From: Eledone cirrhosa
Taxonomy: Eukaryota
NCBI GenBank assembly: GCA_964016885.1
Contig: OZ024745.1
Coordinates: 65,844,001 to 65,908,000, forward strand
DNA: 64,000 nt
Direction: 5' to 3'
Of the stretch, positions 53,209 through 64,000 are shown one piece after another. Numbering within the stretch: the stretch's first letter is position 1; every line of letters begins with the position of its first letter. The notes beneath the pieces were generated by a model. The model was not told the origin of the DNA. It saw nothing but the letters and a program-made list of their open reading frames with translations, and searched no databases. The position numbers were made by a program, and so were the translations under genes.

Positions 53209-54438
53209 TGAGTGCAAGAGAGAGAGAGAGTGTGTGTGTGAGAGAGAGAGAGTGAATGCAAGAGAGAGAGAGAGTGTGTGTGTGAGAGAGGGATAGGGGG
53301 CGAGAGAGAATGAGAAAGAAAGAGAGCAAGAGAGAGATAGAGGGGGTGAGGGAGAAAGAGAACGAGAGCGGGATAGAACGAGATAGAGATAGAGAGAGAG
53401 AGAGAGAGGGGGGGGGGGGGCAAATATATATACATCCATGTAGGACAGAAAAGAGGACTACAACTATTCGAACAAGAAACCTGAAATGATAGTTCATAAT
53501 AATCTAAATTGCGTGTAATAAATTGAAATATATATACCGGCTCGAGTTCTTTGATCGCTAAAGTATTTGAAACAACTTCCAAGTTGTTGCATGTATTTAC
53601 CACAAGACATTTCTAATTGAGCAAGCCAATTGCTCTTTTGTGGCTGGCGAAACGATTAGGTGAAAAGCAGTGATCTATTGTTCTAGATATACGAAGCTGT
53701 CGTTTAGCTAAGGACTATACTACATATTCAAAGATACAGGGGTTAATCCAATGAAATGGTGTGTGGAAATATGGACATGTATTTTTCTTATAGTACAGTC
53801 TATTTCTGTACACAAGTTATTGTTTTGCTTAAGAACAACCATGATGGAGCATACATATTATCAAACCCATTCCAGCTATGACCTTCCAATCTCTCTTGAG
53901 GTATATAGAACCACATTATTCAATTTGCCAATTCCTTTTATAAGACGTTGCGATACATTTCGGAGGATATTTGACTGCTATTTTTGTAGATCAAGTAATA
54001 TAAAGGATTCCCTTCCTTGTGGGTTGTAGTCAAAACTGGCAAATTTGACACAGTCAGAACTTGCGAGTTGTTCCAACACTGAACTTGCAGCTTATGAGAA
54101 TATTGAATCTGTATTTACATGTGGTATGTATGAGCTAAGTTGAAGTGATCTGTTTGTTTGTAGATGATTATACGTGTAGTGGCAAGAACAAACGTTTTCT
54201 CTTTTACATTCATATCCGAACTTCTTTGCCTATTCACATTGATTTTTCCTTCTCATATTCTGGTTATATATTTTTAGTATTTTTACTTTAACGATCAATG
54301 GTCATTGTACAACTTGTGATGTGAAGTTCGTTGTTTTGCATTCTTTGTTTATTGATGGTGTGGTTGTTTGTAGTGGTTAGCTCAATGTAATACTTAACAC
54401 AGTGGATCTAACCCGATGGTCCACATTGTAATTAAGGT

Positions 54439-54800
54439 ATACTAGCCGACGTACCCAGCTTCGCCCGGGTACACAGATGATAAGAGAAGACAGGTAAAAG
54501 AGAAAATGACTGTATTGGATGTTTGTCTGGTTATAGTATGAGGTGAGTCCGTGGTGTCTGTGTGATACAAAAAACAGTAAAAAAAATCTTCCACATATAC
54601 CAGATTCATCGTTGTACCGTTTGTGCATAGTATATGAACAATTCTAGGTGCTCTCACCTAGAATAGTGACCTCTAGTAGATGGTTCATATTCTGCCTGAC
54701 TGTAAAACGTGTATCATTGCATAGACGTGGTTGTTCCACGTTTCTCAAAAGGATGATGGAAGTTCCAATCTTTTATATTATATGTAGATATAGATAATTA
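54439..54800 (+). mobile_element. Possible Helentron-associated (HINE/DINE-1-like) element
   Basis: TATACTAGCCGACGTACCCAGCTTCGCCCGGGTA start with a GC-rich hairpin; ends ...TTTTATATTATATGTAGAT. Confidence 0.35.
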
Positions 54801-55824
54801 ATATAAAAGATGTGCGTCAATGTAAAAAAAGGTCCCTATTTACTCCCTTCACAACTGTGTGTATGTTAGACTGACAGACAGGCACACAGACAGATAAACT
54901 GCGTGGCGATTGTGGGATGCCGCACGTACACATACATACACGCATGGAAACGCGCACACGCACGCAAACTTACACACGCACCCGGGCACTTACACACACG
55001 CACACATTCACATATGTTCATAGTTTTTACTTTATATGGAACGCTGCACGCACACACATAAACATACGCGCACGTACATACACACGCAAACATGTTAATA
55101 GTTATTGCTTTCCTTCCCCTCATATTTCCACACACATCACACACACACATGTCTCTACACTCCCCTCTCACTCACTCATTGGCATTATGCATATTAATTT
55201 CAGTCTGGCGTCGTTGAGGTGGGCGGAGTCGTTTGAAACCTATGAACCAATGATAACCGAGAATTATGACACACGGAATCATGACATTGTTGAAATTAAT
55301 ATACAGATGTGCTTGATTTGAAAGTAATTAGCTGTTATTTCTAGCAGTTAAAGCAACAGTTTAAATATTCCGTCTTGTAAATCATTATGGTTTGTTATGG
55401 AGGGATATTTTATTTAGCTTCAAGACATGCCTGGCATAGTGTACCTATTATGAAACTCATTGCTGAGATAGCAATCCATTCTTTTTTTGAGCATTGGTTA
55501 ATTTACATCGTCTATGAGGGTAGTATTTAACCCCCCGTCCCCCTCATTTTTGCAATGTGAAGAGAATGAGAGAATAGGCAGGACTGGTATAATCCATTTG
55601 ATATCTAATGTATCATTTGTTAATACGTCTGTGTGATACTGTCGGCAAAATGTGATGCCTATCAATATTCTATGTATGTTTGTACAAGGCTTTGCTTTCT
55701 TTATAGCGTCTGTTATTTATGCAATAGATTCTGTGTACGTTCTTATATAACTCACAGTATTTTTCTTTTCTGTAGCTATGCTGTTTATTTTAGAATATTA
55801 TTTCATTGTATTCAAACATTTATA

Positions 55825-56008
55825 TGGATTGGCAGTATCGGTAGAGGGTCAGACGCCATAATTCCAGCATAGTTATGTCCCTTTACGGTCTGGGTTCAAA
55901 TCCCGTTGAGGTTAACTTTGCCTTTTATCCTTACGGGGTCGATAAAATGAAATACCAGTAATGCACTGGAAAATTGCTGGCCTTGTGCCAAATGTAGAAA
56001 CAATTATT
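55825..56008 (+). mobile_element. SINE S1
   Basis: GGATTGGCAGTATCGG...GGTTCAAATCCC...AGAAACAATTATT. Confidence 0.85.
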
Positions 56009-59000
56009 AGTAATAAACGAGACAATGGATGTTCTAGGTAAATCTTTAGTACGTAATATTTTACGTAGTATAATCTGAATTGTTTTCGTGTATGCTGTAA
56101 AGTAGTTGTGCAGCGATATTAAGAGAATGTAGTGAAGATGTGTGGATTCACTGTGGAATGTCATGAAGTCATGTAGGTATGCGTTAAGAAGTATGGGTAA
56201 TAGGTTTGGTCATTGAAGTACATCTTTCGGAAAATTGTAAATGCTTGATTTGCTTTTTTCACCATATAAATGGAAATGTTTAATGCTTGAAAATAAGGTG
56301 AGTAGAACTCTGCTTATAGATAGCAGTTACAATGTTGGAATCAAAATGAAAATCAAGTTCAGAGAAAATATTTGAGCAACGTCAGAAATCCTTAGCGGTT
56401 GTGTATTATTGGAGGTTTCTGCAATGTTTTCAACCACAAATGCAAAGATCACTAGCATATGAAAAGGACATTGTGTTACCGCTAATCTTATCATCAACAT
56501 TCTCTGGATTGGTACTTATTAGGTTCTGAAAGGATCAACCGGGAAATTCACCTCGGTGGGATTTGAACTCAAAAGGGGTGCATGGCAAGCAGATACAAAA
56601 TACACAAGGCATTGAACTTGATTCCCTACTGTATTCACCATTTTATTTATACAAAGCATTATTTAAGACGAAATTTTGCAAAATGAATTTTGAGATTTAA
56701 GAGATGGTATCGCTTCAAGGAAAGCAAAAAATGAATTTAATGTTTATGTTTCAGCGACACGATAGCTATAATTGTTGAGATATTCCAAAGTTTTAAATTT
56801 CTTGAAGCGTTATTATAAGTGAATAACCAAGTGAAAGTTAATTAAGTTTCATCAATAGAAAAATGTTTGATCGAATGAAAACCACTTGATTTAAGAGACA
56901 ATTTTTCAAGTGACAATTTTATAATTATGTCGTTGTTTTTCTGGCATTTTATAACCAGCGGTAAATTTTGTTAAGGTTCCGTTAAGAGGCTCCTTAATCA
57001 AAGAGTAAAATATCAATATTAAATTCCCTAGATAGCTGAACATTAAGTAAGATAAAGAAAAGCAAATTCTATTTTTATCTCAGTGTTTCATAACCGAGGG
57101 GGATTATTTGAATTTCTCTCTTAAATTTTTCACAAATATAAACTTATTTATTATCATATAATTATGTGATTATATTTTAATTAACTCCTGAATATTGAGT
57201 CTACAATCACACCAGAAACAAGTTATAAGTTGAGTAATGTTTAATAACACATTGTAATCCCTATTGGGACAAAATAAATGCGATAGTGAATAATCAATAC
57301 ATTCCATTCTTAAATTTAAATGGAAAATCATATAATTAAGAATAGAAGTTAATGAAAGAGTAAACATTAACAAATATTAAAAATAAAAAAAATAGTGAAT
57401 ATCAAATTAAAACAAATCTAATATATATATTTAAAAAGCCATTAAACATCAGTAGAAAATATTTAATTGAAATTATGAAATAAATATTGAATTTTTAAAC
57501 TACAATTATTTTATTTAATTTGACTGACACATTGTAATATTTTGTAATATTTAGTAATATACCGTTTAGGGCTGAGTTCAAATCATATCAGATTGACTTT
57601 GGTTTTATTCTTGGTATATAAAACGTATGTTTACTAAATCTTGATTTATACCATTTTAAATGATATTTGATAATTTTCTACATAAGTGTTTAATGGTTGA
57701 ATTTGATCTCAATACACCACTAGTAGCTATTATGTTGATGTTATTGAATGTAGTTAAAGAAGAATTCGATGAAAGACGGTGAAAATCAAATTTACAAAGG
57801 AGATACAAAATTGAATAGACAAGAAATTGATTCAATGGTTGACATTATATATTGGAAACGAATGCAGTTTAATAGAACTTAGAACGAATAGTGTACTATG
57901 AAGGAGATATTTCCATGAAAATTCAAACTCCGAAATGTTAAAGCGTGGTGTAAAAAGCTCCTTTGAAATGTCGGTGTTACTTATTCAGCAAAGATATTGA
58001 TTTATTCTACTTGTATATCCCTTTAAGTTGACATTGATTTATTTCAATAATACGATAGCAAAACTATATAAGAATCAACATTGATCTAAATGCTGTCTAT
58101 TTTATGTATGTAAGGTAACTGTATTAAGCCAGATTGAGAATAAAGGTGTGGGTAAATTGTGAATCGCGAGTGAGTAAAAGATACATTGGGACATGCGAAT
58201 TCGTCTCAAGACGGACGTCATATAACATCCGAACAATCAAGACCAGAAATGCATTTCTGTTGGAGGTTTAGACTCCACATACCCATTGATAATATTCAAT
58301 CGGAATTAAAGATGATGGTCGAAGCACTTTATCTCCAACAGCACGAGGAGGGAAAGTAGCACCACCCTTTTTATTTCATTTTTCATCACTCTTTGCGCCT
58401 AGCTTGGCAACGTTAAGAGAAGGGTGTATAAATGCACGTGGCGTGGGGTTGTGATGGAATCAACGTTGCTTGATCAATCTCCTCAGGTTACCAACTATGG
58501 ATGTGACAGTCGTCAGTAAAATTAGGATTTCCGACACCCACGTACTAACCCCCATTGTTTTAACGACTTTGAAATCTGTACATCTTTTAGTCGGCCTGGA
58601 ATGAAAACCCAAGTGGTTGTACCTTATTTTGAAAGACCTGGACCACGAGACCAGTGACTGAGACGAGAAACAAGTGCGGGTGCTTTTCATTAGATATGTT
58701 TTGCCACAGCTCGTATTTTTATTAGTAGGGTTCCAGTCGTTAGTGAAGCCCAGAGAGTGGGTGGGTGTTTTAGCATGACAGTACTACACGGAAGTATTAT
58801 TTGTTCGAGAAAAGCTCGCTCTACGGGCATAGAAGAGGCAACAGTCGAACCTGTTCATGATGCGGGAAGGAGGATGAAACCGTCCAGCACAATTTGTGTG
58901 CATTACAGATTTATGGGTCTGTGCCAAACAATTGTTATTTTCTGTGGGATGCTTCCGAATGTCAGCCATATTATATGTGCGTGTGAGCGATTAGAGGAGC

Positions 59001-60140
59001 ACACAATTAATTATTCATTGTTAATTTTTATCTCTTCAATATTAATAGATAATGAAATATCGATATCTTTTGCTATTCAACATGGCACTAAAAAGATGTT
59101 ACTTCGGAATAACTCTTCATTATTTAGCCAACTGAATAAGTTAAATGACTTATAAAGCATTACCCTTATTACAAAATATGATAGTATACCGAACTAAATA
59201 TTTTGTACCCATTAGTTAATTCCTTTTGTAAATTCCTTTGAATTCGAAATTTCAATTCCATCTTTCTGAGATCATAGAAATTAGTACAAGACATATTCTT
59301 CAAATTGTGTTAATAGACCCAATATTACTACATGCTATTGTGTACAGTGTATATTGTTTGTGCATACTAGAAATCTTTAGGCTACCAATAATATTTGGAT
59401 TATATGATTTAACATATTTAGGTTTGTAATTCTAACCTCTGTATTCTCATCATTCCAATGTTGGCTTTTCTTATTCCTTGTGATCAATGTAATAAATAAT
59501 ACGTAAACCCCTATAAAATTGAATATGCTGTGAAAAGATTGATTTTATTTTCATTGAAATTAAGCCACTTTTAAGGCAGTAAAGTGCGTTATTGGAATTA
59601 TTATATACGCATGCACCATTTTAACGAATGAGATATAATCAACTTAGATATTCGTGAAATGTTTCTTCTTACTTTTTAAAATCAATTCGCTAAGCACTAT
59701 TTCGTTAATGATGTTTAACACGGAGTAACGGCATGGCAAATTGTAAATTGTTTATAATGACGCGAAGACATTTTAAATTTTACGACAAACAAGTAATATT
59801 TCGTGCGTTGTATTTTGATAGTTTATTACAAGATGAACATAAATATAAAGAACTATCATTCATGAAAGTTTTAATCATTTTACGCTTCAATAAATGCTTT
59901 TAAACATGCAATTGTCGAAAACAAAACGCTGAGTAATGATTCACTAAATTTGTAAGCTTGAAGAATCACGCAACTATTTATAATTATTTCATTCTGAAAT
60001 TATCATTTTTTAAATAATAATAATTATTGTTATTTTTTAAAATTCCGTTAAAGTCGATATTTTATCCGTCGATAAGTACTTTAATAGTTGTAATAGATTT
60101 TCCTAAACCAAAATTCTGTAGCTTTGCGTATATTTAGAAA

Positions 60141-60560
60141 TCTGGCAGTATCAGTAGACAGTCGGACAACATGTTTTGCAGCAGCATCGAGTGGCGGCCC
60201 TTTGCGTTCTGAGTTCAAATTCCGGCCGAGGTGACCTTTGCCTTTCATCCTTACTGGGTTGATTGAATAAAGAACCACTGGCGTCAATTTAATCAAATAA
60301 AAAAGAATTGCTGGCCTTTGCCTAAATCTGAAATCATTATTTTATTATTAGAAACACGGAATGAAAGTATCGCTGGAGTGTTGGAGAAAATGCTATGCGG
60401 TATTTAGTTAAAACTTTCTGCATTCAGAGTTAAAAACCCACGGAGGTCATCTTTGCTATCATCCTGCGGGTGTCAATTAAATAAGATATCCGTTAACTAC
60501 TGCGTTCAATGTAATCGACTTTATCCTCACTCAATCCAAATTGCTGCTTTTGTAGGCACA
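60141..60560 (+). mobile_element. Two diverged SINE S1 copies
   Basis: TGGCAGTATCAG...GAGTTCAAATTCC...TTTGCCTTTCATCC, followed by a more decayed second unit. Confidence 0.65.
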
Positions 60561-61424
60561 TATAGACACACACTGGAAAGATATAAAAACGATAGTACGA
60601 AGCTCTCAGGAGAGCTGGGTCGCATCTAGGTCATAACAACTGGGTATTTAGTTCGTATGGAGATTTTGTTGACATGTTCTAGTTGGAACTTCTCACCGTT
60701 GCCACTGCTTTCAAATTTATATCTAGAAGCTTTCTTGAATTTGGAAAAACAACGTTGGTAGTTATGATAGTGGTGAGACGTCAACAGTATCACTGCCACC
60801 GCCAGCTACAACAATGACTTACTCAGAGTTACTTCCCTTGGCGTGCGTTGAAATACAAACATGATGCCCTCAAACAGGCTAAATATGTATACACACGGAA
60901 GACATATAAAGAATGTATGACCAAATGCGCTGCAGCCAATAGAAGAGAGAGGAGATATTCATATTAAAGCAGGCATTTGTTGTTGCCTTATGTTGTTAAA
61001 ACGCATGTCGCTCACTTACTTTAGTCGTACCTCTTTTCACCCAGGAGAGAGACGGGAATGTTCAGCACTGAAGCAAGCCTGTGTTTCTTGCTTTAGTGTC
61101 GGCTACTATGTTGAACGCTTAGTCCCATATTTAGATTTAGCACACTGTTTAATTTCACGTGTGGTGACTTCCTCTTAAATTCTCACTTATTTATTCTTTC
61201 CATTTTCCGTCACATTCCGTCGTAATGAAACGATAAATCACAACAACAACCATTACCGCAGATTGACAAACAGACAAAAAAAACATTAAAAAATGAATAT
61301 AGGTTCATCCAAATGTGACGTAAAGCTATTATTGAGTCTAAAGAACTCACATGCCAAGTTTGAACATGATTGGTACTCAGGTTTTTAAGTGCATATGAGA
61401 CAAACAGACAAAGACCTGAACTAT

Positions 61425-61665
<241 letters not shown>

Positions 61666-62427
61666 TATACGTACATATATAACTATATGTATATATTACT
61701 ACACACGCATACATACATATATACATATATATATGTATAAATGTGAATGCGTGTGTCTGTGTCCAAATAATCTGGTGGAATAGGGAAAAAAAAAAGAAAA
61801 ACCAAATAAAATAATATAACTATTGATCAAATCTTTGCTAAATGTTAAATACTACCAGAAATACCCATAAAAAAATTCAACAAACGAATAAATCAAATTG
61901 CCCATTAACTTCCTTCCATTGAATATTAATTAGGAAATCTGTCAATAATTTCTTACATTAGATTTGAATCATGATTAAAGTTTCACAATGTGCTCTCAAA
62001 ATACCATTCTTAGTAATATGATCCATTATTTCCAAAAATTCTGATTCTTTTATTATTCACACAAAAGCATATAGTTTGTCTCTGTGTAATTGTGAAAATC
62101 ATCCGTTTAATCGTCCTTTAGCTATTGACCGATCATGGCAAACTGAACACTGTTCATATAAATCGCATATCCTAAGAACTAAAGAATTCATTAAGTGCAA
62201 GTAGGATTAGATATCAAAGGTATATATATATATAGAGAGAGAGGGAAGGAAACTGCGAGAGAGAGAATAAAAAAGAAAGATAGAGTGAAAGATTGACATA
62301 TATGCTTGCATATATACATATATACATACATATATACATATATGCATGCAACATACACACATACACACATACATACATACATACATACATACATACATAC
62401 ATACATACATACATACATACATACATA

Positions 62428-62756
62428 CAGGAGAAGGAGGACTTCTACGGACCATTGATGAGGAGTTTACAAATCCAGTATCCAAGATACACCTTTAGCT
62501 TCATACCCATCATTATTGGAGCTACGGGTTATATACCAACCAGCTTGGACCAAAGTATGACTGAACTTAGATTTGCGGACAAAGAGCGCAGCTCCCTAAT
62601 TCATAGTCTACAAATGGCTGCGATAGCTGGCACCTTCAAAATTTGGAAAACATTCTTGCGATTCAAGGGATGACAATTTCTTTTCTTTTACAACCTTGCC
62701 ACCAGGAAGGTGGCCGGTCAAAAAAATATGCTCGAAATTATGAGAAAGAGATAACA
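62428..62756 (+). pseudogene. Extreme 3' end of a second R4/Dong-like element, 5' junction in (TACA)n
   Basis: QEKEDFYGPLMRSLQIQYPRYTFSFIPIIIGATG...KIWKTFL is homologous to 50930-51168. Confidence 0.75.
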
Positions 62757-63099
62757 TACATACATATACAGAAAAGTTGATTGATAAAAGATATAAGAAA
62801 TATCCACCTTTTAATGTTGAAAACAAAATTATAGCAATTTTTGAAAGGTTAAAATTTTAATGTTTTTAATCATTGTTGTATAATACATTGATTCTCAAAA
62901 GTTAGTTTAAATTCCTGTTTGTCTACGACATCTCGGTGTGAATGTATGAGGTTTATTAATCATTTGTCATTGGACTTTGGATTTATTAGATATAGTCATA
63001 GAAAATGCATATGTAACATGAGAACACCAACACGTTAGTACAAATATCTATTGTCCAGGGGCCATTAAATCCTGTTTAATACTCGACATTTAACCATCC

Positions 63100-63189
<90 letters not shown>

Positions 63190-63192
<3 letters not shown>

Positions 63193-63320
63193 GATTAAAA
63201 CATTATTAAAATTGCGAGCCCGTTATTCAACAGAGTACTTTATACTTGGGATAGTAGAGTGTGACTATATTAGAGAGTCGGAGTCCGACGTCTGAGCTCT
63301 AGTTGTTTCGACAGATGAAG
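63190..63320. mobile_element. Diverged family-B-related fragment after (TA)n
   Basis: GAGTACTTTATACTTGGGATAGTAGAGTG...CCGACGTCTGAGCTC...GTTTCGAC. Confidence 0.45.
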
Positions 63321-64000
63321 ACAAATGAACCTAACTACATGCATACATACATACATACATAAATATATATATATGTGAATGTATACATACGAATATATAT
63401 ATATATATATGTATATACATATATAGATATCTACAATCCCATACATATATGTTTATATTTATGCATGTATGTGTATATAGGTCCTGTGGAAAGCACAACT
63501 CTCTTCTGTTGTCTACAATATCATCTACGAATTCATGGACGCCAATGGGATGACAATGAAGAATCAATAAGAGACGACAATTCTCTGTGAAGACGCTGCA
63601 ATCGTCATGTGTGTATTCATACATCTATGTAGGTCTATTTGTCTCTGTCTCTTTCTTTTACGCTTTCAATGGTTTCAGACATTAGACTAAAACTAGTGTA
63701 GTGATCTGCCTTGATTTAATCGATGATATCGACCGCAGTACTAATATTTTCAAGCTGGGGACATATTCATCACATGGCTGTATATAAAAGCAAATAGGAT
63801 ATGTTTATGTTTCCAAAATTATCGAGAGACTCGCTTTGAATTGTTTAAAACTTGTGATCACGTCACACCTATCTCAGTATCAGTGAGAAGTCCAGACAGC
63901 TAATTCTGGATTTTTATCCATCATTGGTTAGATTTTTCTTTTCCAGTCCTAAGCCAAAAATAAACTAAAGCCTATATGATTTTCCCATATAAACTTTCTG

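Noticed and set aside
53740-54120. Coding-like stretch
   Set aside because: Stops occur in the frames I read, and I recognise no family.
58190-58970. Possible helicase remnant (TSCGKTYLMK on minus at ~58685-58715)
   Set aside because: A single weak P-loop-like match with no supporting Walker B or continuous frame. It would need tblastn/HMM confirmation.

Overview
AT-rich eukaryotic (metazoan) non-coding DNA. The dense (TA)n/(CA)n/(TACA)n/(GA)n microsatellites and the SINE repertoire suggest an octopus/cephalopod genome (inference). I see no intact host protein-coding gene; most ORF-track entries are microsatellite artefacts. Recognisable coding remnants all come from transposons: three Penelope-like element (PLE) RT/GIY-YIG fragments, RTE LINE fragments, two R4/Dong-like restriction-like-endonuclease 3' ends abutting (TACA)n, and a mariner remnant. 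There are also many tRNA-derived SINEs and some MITEs. The most striking signal is a large set of short, mostly non-coding inserts sitting in (TA)n tracts. At least ten of them are fold-back (inverted-repeat) structures with arms of about 25-920 bp. More than a dozen carry minimal hammerhead ribozyme (HHR) motifs: CUGANGA...GAAA, a palindromic stem III, an NUH triplet and often AATAAA just downstream. Several HHR motifs have 36-90 nt inserted in stem-loop II, and fold-back points tend to lie at or near the ribozyme. All calls were made by eye; no folding software or database searches were run.
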